Assembly: GCA_043803105.1 (NCBI GenBank)
Contig: JAZDKJ010000006.1
Span: 256,001-320,000, forward strand
Direction of reading: 5' to 3'
Length of the DNA: 64,000 nucleotides
Source of the DNA: Candidatus Woesearchaeota archaeon
GTDB lineage: Archaea; Nanobdellota; Nanobdellia; Woesearchaeales; JAZDKJ01
Part shown: piece by piece, positions 40,227 through 48,224 of the stretch
How positions within the stretch are numbered: position 1 is the first letter of the stretch
How the letters are laid out: every line of letters starts with the position of its first letter
Position numbers and translations under genes: made by a program
The notes under the pieces: generated by a model
The model's database searches: none
Told to the model about the DNA's origin: nothing
The model's input: only the letters and a program-made list of their open reading frames with translations

Positions 40227-40434
40227 TTTTTGTGTAATCCAATATCAGTGTAAAGCCTTTTGGACATAACAATAAAACCATGATTTGGTCTGTGGAACGG
40301 TACCTGCCAAGAGGATATTCTTCTGCTGAATCTTTTCTCTCGTTCTTCGCAAGATTCGTATGATTGATATGAACAAGTAGCATAGAGCCAAAAAAGCAAT
40401 ATTATTATATATTAATATTGGAGGTCAGACTCAT

Positions 40435-41511
40435 ATGGAGATTTCAGATAACGACTTAGACTTCTTAAGAGAAACAGCGAGGCCTTGGAAACATTATCTG
40501 CAATATTATAAGGAATATATTCAATTGGCTCAAGGACTTGAGGAAATTGATGTGGACCCACACTATTTCAATAGGGCAGAGAGACGAAAGCGGATTATGA
40601 TAGAATTCTTAAATAGATTTCGCATTGACGATTTCACCGGCGATTTACGGAGCCTTAGGAAATCGCTAAAGTCAGGCATTCTCGTCGGTTGGAAAAAAAA
40701 GAAGTTACTAAAAGGAATAGACCGATGGGCAGTAATTGGGATTGTCCAAGAATCCATGCTGGATCTTCGTTGGTTGGTTCATTTGAGAGATAGCAATTTT
40801 AATGAGGGAAAACCCTTGGAGTTACGTTTGAGAATATCGAGTAGGGATTGTCAGGAATTTCTTAACATCTTGACCAAAAATTATGAAGTTCTGGAACATA
40901 TGATACAAATTGAGGACTCACGTATTGCATTTTGGAATTCGGTCAAGAGCGAATGCGCCAGAAAGAGACTAAATATTTTTGGACAAGCCCTGTCAGTCCA
41001 TGCAACCAGTTATAATTGGACTGTCAGGGAAATAATGAGATTTCGCCGTATAGGATTAATGTCCCCAAACGAGATTGGAAGGGTAGGAAAGGGAAGCTGG
41101 GCAGGTAGTCATTTTCCGTCTTGCATTTCTCTGTGTTTTAATGAAAGTGGTTATCAACGCTACGAAAAGGGGAGGGTTAACTTCATCATAGACCCTAGTT
41201 TCGTAAGAGGTAGTAATCAATTCTTTTACATAGGCGACAAGCCTGATGACAAAGGACGGCAGGTACTGGCCCAGGCAGGAATCGGAATTGAGCAGGGCAC
41301 TCGTTTTTGCCGAGATTATGGACCCAATCCTGGTTTCCATAATGAGGTTCTTTCATTGATGCCAATCCCTTTTGAAGCCATAATCGGAATTGTCATTGAA
41401 CCAGAGCATCTAGCGGATATTTCTCCATTTTTACTTAAGTTTGCGGAAAGAGACTACAAAAATGCCATTCCAGTCTATGATTTTGACGGGAATATGATAT
41501 GGCCTGTCTAA
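40435..41511 (+). CDS. Helical N-terminus plus putative ADP-ribosyltransferase-fold C-terminal domain
   Basis: VHAT..GLMSP..ISLC..FIID..NEVL..IPFEAIIGIV pattern. Confidence 0.6.
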   Translation: MEISDNDLDFLRETARPWKHYLQYYKEYIQLAQGLEEIDVDPHYFNRAERRKRIMIEFLNRFRIDDFTGDLRSLRKSLKSGILVGWKKKKLLKGIDRWAVIGIVQESMLDLRWLVHLRDSNFNEGKPLELRLRISSRDCQEFLNILTKNYEVLEHMIQIEDSRIAFWNSVKSECARKRLNIFGQALSVHATSYNWTVREIMRFRRIGLMSPNEIGRVGKGSWAGSHFPSCISLCFNESGYQRYEKGRVNFIIDPSFVRGSNQFFYIGDKPDDKGRQVLAQAGIGIEQGTRFCRDYGPNPGFHNEVLSLMPIPFEAIIGIVIEPEHLADISPFLLKFAERDYKNAIPVYDFDGNMIWPV

Positions 41512-41560
41512 TTTTTTTGATTAAATATGTCCTCCAAGAGTGAAACAACACTATGCCTGG

Positions 41561-41597
41561 GGTTCGAACTATACGGTTGCTGCGCTTCTCCCGCATT
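41561..41597 (+). repeat. Cassette repeat R5
   Basis: GGTTCGAACTATACGGTTGCTGCGCTTCTCCCGCATT (includes the tRNA-Leu T-loop GGTTCGAAC). Confidence 0.88.
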
Positions 41598-41633
41598 ATT
41601 TTTGTTTATGGGTTCCTCTACCTTTGGCTGCCT

Positions 41634-43040
41634 TCAGACATCAAGAACTATCTTATCTGTTATCTCTCCAGGCTTTCCGCCCTGGAAGTTCATGAAACCC
41701 TTATGTAAAGAAAAATCTGGAAACATGAATTTCTTTGTCGCTTTCTTTCCAATAAATTCCTGCATAGCCTCACGTATAGGCTGGTAATTTGATAAAGTAC
41801 CTGCTTTGGTATTTGCAACTATATCCACCTGTTCACTATATAATTCCTTTAGTTTTGGTAGGAACTCCTTGAGTACCTGATAAGCTATATTCTTTGTGAA
41901 TTCAGGGCATTGGACAGAATCTATAAGAAGGCTTCTTCGTTGTTCATGCAGGACGTCAAAGTCCTTGTCACTTTCCACTATGTATATGTTTCCGACATAT
42001 TTTTCGTCTGCATAAATCTTGAAGTTGTGGCAATTTGCCTGATAAAATGGCAGTGGTTTATCTCGCGTGCAATCCCTTGATACTTGGCCTGCCTTGAAGT
42101 CTATTTCCGGATTGTATTCAGGGTCTATTCTGTATTTCGTGGTTTTTTCTACTGAGTTTATCGCTGGTGTCAGCACTTTGGTCAGACTCTCACAACCTTT
42201 GGCTAATTCAGTATAAGCTCGGTAGGAGGGGACGAAGTAATCTGCAACGTTCGAGAGTTCAATCATCATCTGCTCATCTTCCTCTCTTATCTTGTTCAAT
42301 TGCCGCACTATTCTACGTGTCTTGGTCTTGGATGCAGTTTTCAACTGGCTTGCCAGCTCTATCTCTAGATTATGTAGGGGAAGTTCCTTGCGCTTGATGT
42401 TCCGAAGCTTTTGTCCTATTTCTGAAATGCTCAATACCTTGAGCCTGTCTGCTATTTCATCATAGCCGTATTCGTCTGCAATGTATCTTAGCAATTTTCC
42501 CCTGAAGAAAGGGGTTCCCATCTCCTCCTCAATTCTTTTGTGATATGTTTCAACCAAGAAATCCTTGTCTTCTGTTATGCTTTTTATTATTGATGCAAGC
42601 TTGTATACTTCCTTGAAATCTGCACTTATTCTTTCACCCATCTCATCGAGTGGCTTTGCTTTTGACAACAAAAGGTAACGGTCATTAGATAATTGGGTTA
42701 ACATTCCTGTCAGCTTGTGTACGTGGCAGAATAGATTTTCATCAACACAACCAAACACACTTGAGAGCTGCCGATTCGTCCCATCATCCAGTATGTATTC
42801 GCCTCTCCAGTCAGCACCAAATGCCTTTGTCAGCTCTGCCCGGCCAAGGTTATCCCAGTCGCAATACAGCCAGTTATTGTATCCCCTTGCTTTAAACATG
42901 TCCTCCCTGTCTAATCTGTCACGGACAGCCAATATTCTTGTGACCATGGTTTCCAGTGAGTCATCTGCCAATTCCTGTTCCCGCCATTTTAGCTCGCAGT
43001 CTATGACAGGGACAATTCTATGACCTTTTGCCTTTTCCAT
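41634..43040 (-). CDS. Hypothetical protein (cassette cargo)
   Basis: 468 aa ORF filling the R5-R6 interval. Confidence 0.75.
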   Translation of the reverse strand: MEKAKGHRIVPVIDCELKWREQELADDSLETMVTRILAVRDRLDREDMFKARGYNNWLYCDWDNLGRAELTKAFGADWRGEYILDDGTNRQLSSVFGCVDENLFCHVHKLTGMLTQLSNDRYLLLSKAKPLDEMGERISADFKEVYKLASIIKSITEDKDFLVETYHKRIEEEMGTPFFRGKLLRYIADEYGYDEIADRLKVLSISEIGQKLRNIKRKELPLHNLEIELASQLKTASKTKTRRIVRQLNKIREEDEQMMIELSNVADYFVPSYRAYTELAKGCESLTKVLTPAINSVEKTTKYRIDPEYNPEIDFKAGQVSRDCTRDKPLPFYQANCHNFKIYADEKYVGNIYIVESDKDFDVLHEQRRSLLIDSVQCPEFTKNIAYQVLKEFLPKLKELYSEQVDIVANTKAGTLSNYQPIREAMQEFIGKKATKKFMFPDFSLHKGFMNFQGGKPGEITDKIVLDV

Positions 43041-43146
43041 GGAGCAATTCCCTTTGAATACCTCTATATAAATCTTTCCTTTTGTAATTACTATAAAGAG
43101 ACGACAATAACTCGCTCTTTAACTGTCCTCCAGAATAGCATTAACC

Positions 43147-43174
43147 TATACGCCTGATACGCTTCTCCCGCATT
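43147..43174 (+). repeat. Cassette repeat R6 (degenerate; attR-like)
   Basis: TATACGCCTGATACGCTTCTCCCGCATT. Confidence 0.75.
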
Positions 43175-43186
43175 TCTCTAGATGAC

Positions 43187-43243
43187 AAAAAAAAGAAAAA
43201 GGGTTCGCGGAACATGGTTAACGAACCTGACCAAGTCTTCAAA
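43187..43243 (-). ncRNA. Putative small antisense RNA to the tRNA(GAA) at 43357
   Basis: Minus-strand TTTTATATA (43264-43272); two perfect 14-nt blocks complementary to tRNA V-arm and D-loop; GGTTCG/CGAACC stem; poly-T terminator. Confidence 0.7.
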
Positions 43244-43356
43244 TGGTTTTATTTTAATTATTCTATATAAAACTTTCTCCAATCCGTGCGAAACTTTTCC
43301 GAAAATTTTTGGCAAAAGTATAATACAGTCTTGTTTTGATGATTTAACCGTGCGAA

Positions 43357-43510
43357 GCCGGGTTGCAGGAACATGGTTAACTGACTCTGCTGAAAACAGA
43401 GAGACTTGACCAAGTCTTCAGGTGTCAGAGACAAAGTCTCTGAGCATGCTCAGAAATTCAATGAATTTCTGACAGTTCAAAACTTAACAGGGAGAATCCC
43501 TGGCCCGGCG
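43357..43510 (+). tRNA. Ser-type tRNA body with GAA (Phe) anticodon; T-stem insertion and 59/60 intron
   Basis: GCCGGGT/GCCCGGC-G73; CTCTG-CTGAAAA-CAGAG; V-arm AGACTTGACCAAGTCT; T arm CAGGG-TTCAAAT-CCCTG after removing 43423-43474 and 43482-43496. Confidence 0.8.
43423..43474. repeat. TG..CA double-hairpin element (copy 2) in tRNA T-stem
   Basis: TGTCAGAGAC-aaa-GTCTCTGA GCATGC TCAGAAATTCA-a-TGAATTTCTGACA. Confidence 0.8.
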
Positions 43511-43516
43511 CAAAAT

Positions 43517-44248
43517 TCAGCGCGGATGTTTAAGCATTTCGTTAAATCTGTTCAGCGATTCTGCATAAGCGTCATGATACTCACTGGGTGTTTGTGCCTT
43601 ATGCTCGAAAACGATTATCACATCCTCAGGTATTTTCTTCACGAATGGTTCAGTTATTTTTGTTCCGATTACCATGTGTCTTTTTGTTCCATCAAAATCT
43701 GATAAATGAATCACCTTGATATGTTTGCCAATTTCCTTCAAGAAATCATCGATATTAAGTCCGCTCTCAAGGGCATGGCAGGTGTCAAAACACAAGTTTA
43801 TGCCTGAGTTTAGTACCATACCAATCTCTTTCACGCCCATTTTGAAGTTAGTTTCTGCTGCATTTTCCACAATGATAGAGTCACTTGAGGTCTGCATTTT
43901 TATTAGTTCAACGATGGATACTAGATTATCATGATCTTTTGGATGTATGATGAGGTATTTAGAACTCAATATTTCTTTTACTTCCAGGTACACAGCAAGA
44001 GTGTTGATTGATTCATTCTTAGCGGTCGGGAGCCATCCGTGAACAACTGGAAAGTCAAGCTTATACCTTGCAGCATTTTCTTTCATCTGTCGAGCCTTAT
44101 CTGGAAAAGAATTGTCTAGAGATGGATTCTGCTCGTTAATGCCATAATGAACGAAACTGAATTGTGCGTGCTTGAAACCAATAGAACTTATTTGGCTAAA
44201 TAACAATCCTAATTCAATATTCTTTGTGAGATTGGCACAGACTATCAT
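43517..44248 (-). CDS. Sugar-phosphate isomerase/AP-endonuclease-2 TIM barrel protein
   Basis: IIHP, IVEN, CFDTCH, IHLSD, RHM, VFEH. Confidence 0.85.
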   Translation of the reverse strand: MIVCANLTKNIELGLLFSQISSIGFKHAQFSFVHYGINEQNPSLDNSFPDKARQMKENAARYKLDFPVVHGWLPTAKNESINTLAVYLEVKEILSSKYLIIHPKDHDNLVSIVELIKMQTSSDSIIVENAAETNFKMGVKEIGMVLNSGINLCFDTCHALESGLNIDDFLKEIGKHIKVIHLSDFDGTKRHMVIGTKITEPFVKKIPEDVIIVFEHKAQTPSEYHDAYAESLNRFNEMLKHPR

Positions 44249-44334
44249 TTGTAAAGCAATAGATATGGTAGTTTATATGCCTTTTTGCCAAAATCCCCAA
44301 AGCTTTATAATTCTCAAACGAACAATATGATGTT

Positions 44335-45180
44335 ATGAAGGATTTAACTCGCCGCGAATTCGGGCATCTTTGTTTACAGGCTGCAGCGGTAATGGCTCTT
44401 CCTTCTGAACTTGAAGCAATAACCAAAGAAGAATCGAAGTACTTTCCGTTGGCTAAAGGCAACACATGGACTTATGTAAGGAATCTCTTAAGGCCACAAG
44501 AGGTTTCGAGTTACTATGAAGCAACTGTGTTATCTCAAGGGGAAGGCGACGCTCCTGCAGGGTCAAATGTGTTTTGGGTCGAACATTTGTCATCTGAAGC
44601 CAAGAAAACCTCAACTGAAACATATACAATCACAGGTCTGAAGCGCGAAGGGTTTGAGGTTGAGCGCTCAGCAGCTGATGTGCGCGACGGCAGGTATGAC
44701 ATAACTTCAGATCTTGACACCTTCCCAAAAGTCTTCTGGACGTATTATAATGCTTGTGTGAAGGAAAGTTATACTGAGGGCAGCAAAAAGGCAGGCCATA
44801 GGAACATCTGGAGGTTCACCGCAGTTCTAGACCCAGGCACCATAGTCGGGCGCCATAAGAATCCTCGATGGCATGTTGCAGCAATTGAATACGACAAGTC
44901 AATAACCGTTCCGGCAGGAAGATTCGGCAACATCTTGAAGAACGTAACTCTAGTCTTTGGAACGAATATTGCGGATGTCATCTTTAAGGACGCAAAGCCA
45001 ATTTACCAGAAGGATAGGCGTGCTGACAATTGTTTCATGACCGTGGTATATTATGCTCCAAAGGTTGGCCTCGTAAAGGAGGTCCAGTACAATCGGGAGG
45101 GAAAAGAGACGTACACCTTGGAGCTGCAATCATTTAACGTAAAGAACTTCTTGAAACAGACCATTTTCGCAAAAATTTAA
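44335..45180 (+). CDS. Exported protein with twin-arginine-like signal
   Basis: LTRREF signal; YFPLAKGNTWTY, ITVPAGRF, YYAPKVGLVKE. Confidence 0.75.
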   Translation: MKDLTRREFGHLCLQAAAVMALPSELEAITKEESKYFPLAKGNTWTYVRNLLRPQEVSSYYEATVLSQGEGDAPAGSNVFWVEHLSSEAKKTSTETYTITGLKREGFEVERSAADVRDGRYDITSDLDTFPKVFWTYYNACVKESYTEGSKKAGHRNIWRFTAVLDPGTIVGRHKNPRWHVAAIEYDKSITVPAGRFGNILKNVTLVFGTNIADVIFKDAKPIYQKDRRADNCFMTVVYYAPKVGLVKEVQYNREGKETYTLELQSFNVKNFLKQTIFAKI

Positions 45181-45188
45181 ATATCTCT

Positions 45189-45788
45189 TTGACAGACTAC
45201 GCTTCTATGTCAAACAGGCTTGCCATCAATATTGTCCTTCTTCCTTCTCCCGAGATGACCAGAAAATGTATCTACCTAAACAGGAAGCTGCCTGACAGAG
45301 ATATTGTTCTAGATGCGCAAAGCTGCATTCCTCACCTGTCACTTTGCATGGCAGGTATTGAGGCAGGGAATCTTTCCAAAGTCTCAGCTGTGCTTGACCA
45401 ACTGAAAGTTAAACCGCTTAGCCTGGAATCCAATGGTTTACAGGCATACCCTGTGCCAAAAGCAAAGCCTTTTTGCGGGCTCTACATAACAAAAACCCCA
45501 GAGCTCACCAAATTGCAAGAACAGGTCATAGACATCATAAAGCCATTTGCCGTAAAAGTTGGTGTTGCTGACTTTATAGATGGGCCAAAGCCCCTTGATG
45601 CTGTTTGGGTAAGTAACTATGTGAAGAACGCATCCAGTGGCAAATTTAATCCCCATATAACCATTGGCTTGGGAAAGTTTGAGCAATTATCCTCTCCAAT
45701 AAGTTTCGAAGCAACCAAGCTTGCTATCTGCCATCTTGGAAAGTTTTGCACTTGCAGAAAATTGCTCCATGAGGTTCAACTAAAGTGA
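45189..45788 (+). CDS. 2H phosphoesterase (2'-5' RNA ligase family)
   Basis: PHLSL and PHITI motifs. Confidence 0.8.
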   Translation: MTDYASMSNRLAINIVLLPSPEMTRKCIYLNRKLPDRDIVLDAQSCIPHLSLCMAGIEAGNLSKVSAVLDQLKVKPLSLESNGLQAYPVPKAKPFCGLYITKTPELTKLQEQVIDIIKPFAVKVGVADFIDGPKPLDAVWVSNYVKNASSGKFNPHITIGLGKFEQLSSPISFEATKLAICHLGKFCTCRKLLHEVQLK

Positions 45789-46144
45789 TAATCAAGAAAG
45801 CACATAAGGCGATTATTTCAGCAGACGGCTGCATTTTAAAAGAGCTCCTGACAAAGAAAGATAAAGCCAAGTACAGTGTTGCCCTTGCCAAGCTTGCTCC
45901 CAATAAGTCAAGCAAGCCTCACAAACTAAAGAGCTCTGAAGCCTATTTTATAATCAAAGGAACAGGGATCATGCATATCGGCAAAGAGTCAAGGAGAGTA
46001 ACACAAAATCAGTTGATTTATATCCAGCCAAATTCTTTGCAGTATATCAAGAACATAGGGAAAACAGACCTCATCTTTCTTTGCATCGTCAGTCCGCCTT
46101 GGAAGAAGTCCGATGAGGTAGTTTTCAGAGGTAAATCGGTTTGA
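45785..46144 (+). CDS. Cupin domain protein
   Basis: PH..SEAYFIIKGTG..IKNIG..LIFLCIVSPPW. Confidence 0.88.
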   Translation: MIIKKAHKAIISADGCILKELLTKKDKAKYSVALAKLAPNKSSKPHKLKSSEAYFIIKGTGIMHIGKESRRVTQNQLIYIQPNSLQYIKNIGKTDLIFLCIVSPPWKKSDEVVFRGKSV

Positions 46145-46191
46145 CTTTTGCTCGACTTATAAATCTATGACTTCTCTCAACTCTGAACTGG

Positions 46192-46623
46192 CTAAGAAAT
46201 GCGCGCACGTATTCTATTGATGCGTTTCCTTTTGACTATCTCTCGCAATGCCCACGCAGCCATCTCGATGCTCGTGAGTAACTCTTCTGCTCCGGTTCTC
46301 ACCTTTGGAAAGAACTCACGGACATCCTTATCTGCAAAGTATTGGTCGATGGATTTTATGGTCTTAGTCCTTGTATCCTCGCCCTTGCCGTACATCTGGC
46401 CAGGGTGAAAAAGCTCAATTTGTTTTCCAAGAAAGTACTGCCATTCATCTATCTCTTTGCAATCTAGCACTGAATCAATGCTGTCACGGATTCTTCTGTT
46501 TGGCATGAGTGCATCCCTTGCTTTGAAAATATCCTCTGCAATCAGATATCTTGGAAATTCTGTGTGCCTTTCATCAGTTAGCTGTCCGACCTTGACAAGA
46601 GCTGCATAGTATCCCATCTTCAA
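46192..46623 (-). CDS. Hypothetical protein
   Basis: ORF with TTTAAA upstream. Confidence 0.6.
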   Translation of the reverse strand: MKMGYYAALVKVGQLTDERHTEFPRYLIAEDIFKARDALMPNRRIRDSIDSVLDCKEIDEWQYFLGKQIELFHPGQMYGKGEDTRTKTIKSIDQYFADKDVREFFPKVRTGAEELLTSIEMAAWALREIVKRKRINRIRARIS

Positions 46624-46669
46624 GGGAATCTCACTGTATTATTTAAACATTGATAGGAAAACCTTTTTA

Positions 46670-47188
46670 TTGCCTGCCTTGTTCCGCAACCTCATGCCTG
46701 GGAAAAGCATTGTGCTGATAGATGGTCTTGATTGCTATATAGAAAGTTTGTCTATCTGCATTGAGGATCTTGGTTATGTGGCTAGACCCCTTATCCTTGA
46801 CCTGGAAAAGAATGTTGTGGGCCAAGCCAGAGACTTCTTTACCAAACTTGACAGGTTTTCTATAGAAAAGGTTATTCTCTCAGAGCTGAGGAGAGAGTAC
46901 TTGCCTCACATTAATGAAAATGCAACCAGGCAGGAGGTGCAGGCAGAAATATGCAGATATCAGTCCATTGAGGACGCTAACTATGGGCAGACATTGAGCG
47001 TTCTGGTGTGGTTGAAATCAAACTCTTTCAAGGATATTTCAATGGTTCTTCCGAGTTTGCAGGCAGCTCAGCACGAGATATTGACTTTGTATCGGCAGCA
47101 TGGGGCAAGCAGGATTTTAGAAAAGGTCGCAGATTGTGATAAAACCTTGGCCGCGATTCTTCATGGCTCGCCACAATTCCCTTCGTGA
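46670..47188 (+). CDS. Degenerate receiver-domain-like protein
   Basis: IVLID..GY..GASRILEK. Confidence 0.5.
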   Translation: MPALFRNLMPGKSIVLIDGLDCYIESLSICIEDLGYVARPLILDLEKNVVGQARDFFTKLDRFSIEKVILSELRREYLPHINENATRQEVQAEICRYQSIEDANYGQTLSVLVWLKSNSFKDISMVLPSLQAAQHEILTLYRQHGASRILEKVADCDKTLAAILHGSPQFPS

Positions 47189-47237
47189 CCACAATCACTG
47201 CACGAATTCTTCTCTTTGTACCAAATCTTTTTAAGCT

Positions 47238-47732
47238 TTGCAGGATTTTTTATCTCCCATGTCAAGGACTCTTCTCTACATTGAGGATGATGAATCTCTG
47301 GTTAGGATGTGGAGGTCTGTCCTGCAGGCTTATGGCCATGGAACAGAGGAGCCAAAAGAGCCGCTTGACGACTCTAATCTGAACCAGACAATTGATATGG
47401 TCATTGTCCATGACCTTAAGAATGCTGCTGGTTGGTACAGTGGTCCTGTAATCCCTGAATCAGATTTTCAGAAGGCAAAACAACTTGTGAGGCAGGAGGA
47501 ACTTAAGCCCTATGCCTTAAGCATTCTTGTCATCTACACCTTCAGGCACTTTTTTCAATACACCAATCCGATTTGTGTCTTGGTTGATGATTTATCCTTT
47601 GCCCCAAAGGCTCTTGTGCCAGCATATCAAAGTCTTGGCGCAAATTTTGTGCTGGAAAAGCCTTTGTCTGTCATGGACTTTGTGAGGGATACCCTGCCGT
47701 TTCTCTATGATAAGCCCCTGGCTTCATCGTAG
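47238..47732 (+). CDS. Degenerate receiver-domain-like protein
   Basis: LLYIEDDE..DMVIVHD..GANFVLEKP. Confidence 0.6.
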   Translation: MQDFLSPMSRTLLYIEDDESLVRMWRSVLQAYGHGTEEPKEPLDDSNLNQTIDMVIVHDLKNAAGWYSGPVIPESDFQKAKQLVRQEELKPYALSILVIYTFRHFFQYTNPICVLVDDLSFAPKALVPAYQSLGANFVLEKPLSVMDFVRDTLPFLYDKPLASS

Positions 47733-47769
47733 AAATTCTTATAAACAATTTGCATTTCTTCTCTCTCAA

Positions 47770-47841
47770 GGGCACGTAGCTCAGTAGCAGAGCGTTCCCC
47801 TCGCACGGGAAAGGCCGCGAGTGCGACTCTCGCCGTGTCCA
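47770..47841 (+). tRNA. tRNA-Ala(CGC)
   Basis: GGGCACG/CGTGTCC-A with G3:U70; TTCCC-CTCGCAC-GGGAA. Confidence 0.92.
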
Positions 47842-47953
47842 GTCACTTTGAATCGGTTGGACGAGTTCGTTTTCCCAGGTTCGCCCGAGCTTAAGCGAGC
47901 GGCGTGCCAGAAAACTGATGGTTTTCTGAGCATTTGCATATTGCAAAAAGCTG

Positions 47954-48055
47954 CGCGAGTGCGACTCTCGCCGTGTCCAGTTCTGCTAAAAGCGTGGTCG
48001 TTTTTCCCAGGTTTTTGCGTATCGCAAAAAGCTGTTCCGGCTCTCGCCGTGTCCA
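47954..48055 (+). repeat. Two direct repeats of the tRNA-Ala(CGC) 3' end
   Basis: CGCGAGTGCGACTCTCGCCGTGTCCAGT (47954-47981) and CTCTCGCCGTGTCCA (48041-48055). Confidence 0.88.
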
Positions 48056-48068
48056 CTCTTTGACAATT

Positions 48069-48115
48069 AAAAAAAAAGAAAAAGCTCGCACAATCAGGCT
48101 GGGTTCGCGTCCGGT
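48069..48115 (-). ncRNA. Putative small antisense RNA to the tRNA(GAA) at 48225
   Basis: Minus-strand TTTTATATA (48135-48143); 13- and 15-nt blocks complementary to V-arm and D-arm; poly-T terminator. Confidence 0.7.
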
Positions 48116-48224
48116 TGTATTGAAAATATTCAAATATATAAAACTTGCCTCGGATTTTCCGGAAAATCAGCTATATTTTGTCAGTCAACAATAAGAACCA
48201 AGTGATACCGAATATAGACGCGAA

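Larger units (their letters stand above)
34522..43174. mobile_element. tRNA-Leu-anchored accessory island of repeat-delimited cassettes
   Basis: Six related repeats, distal ones ending in CTTCTCCCGCAT (= tRNA-Leu 3' end); TA/Fic/toxin cargo and gene fragments. Confidence 0.7.

Noticed and set aside
35556-43174. Island repeats as a CRISPR array
   Set aside because: Spacers are 0.6-2.7 kb and contain whole genes; repeats are degenerate; no cas genes are present.
43187-43243. Upstream blocks as a C/D-box guide RNA or split-tRNA half
   Set aside because: No clear terminal RUGAUGA/CUGA box pair. Promoter and terminator orientation make the transcript antisense, and it lacks acceptor and anticodon sequences.
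47781-48194. Short ORFs over the tRNA-Ala repeat region
   Set aside because: They overlap tRNA and repeats; the peptide repeats merely reflect the DNA duplication.
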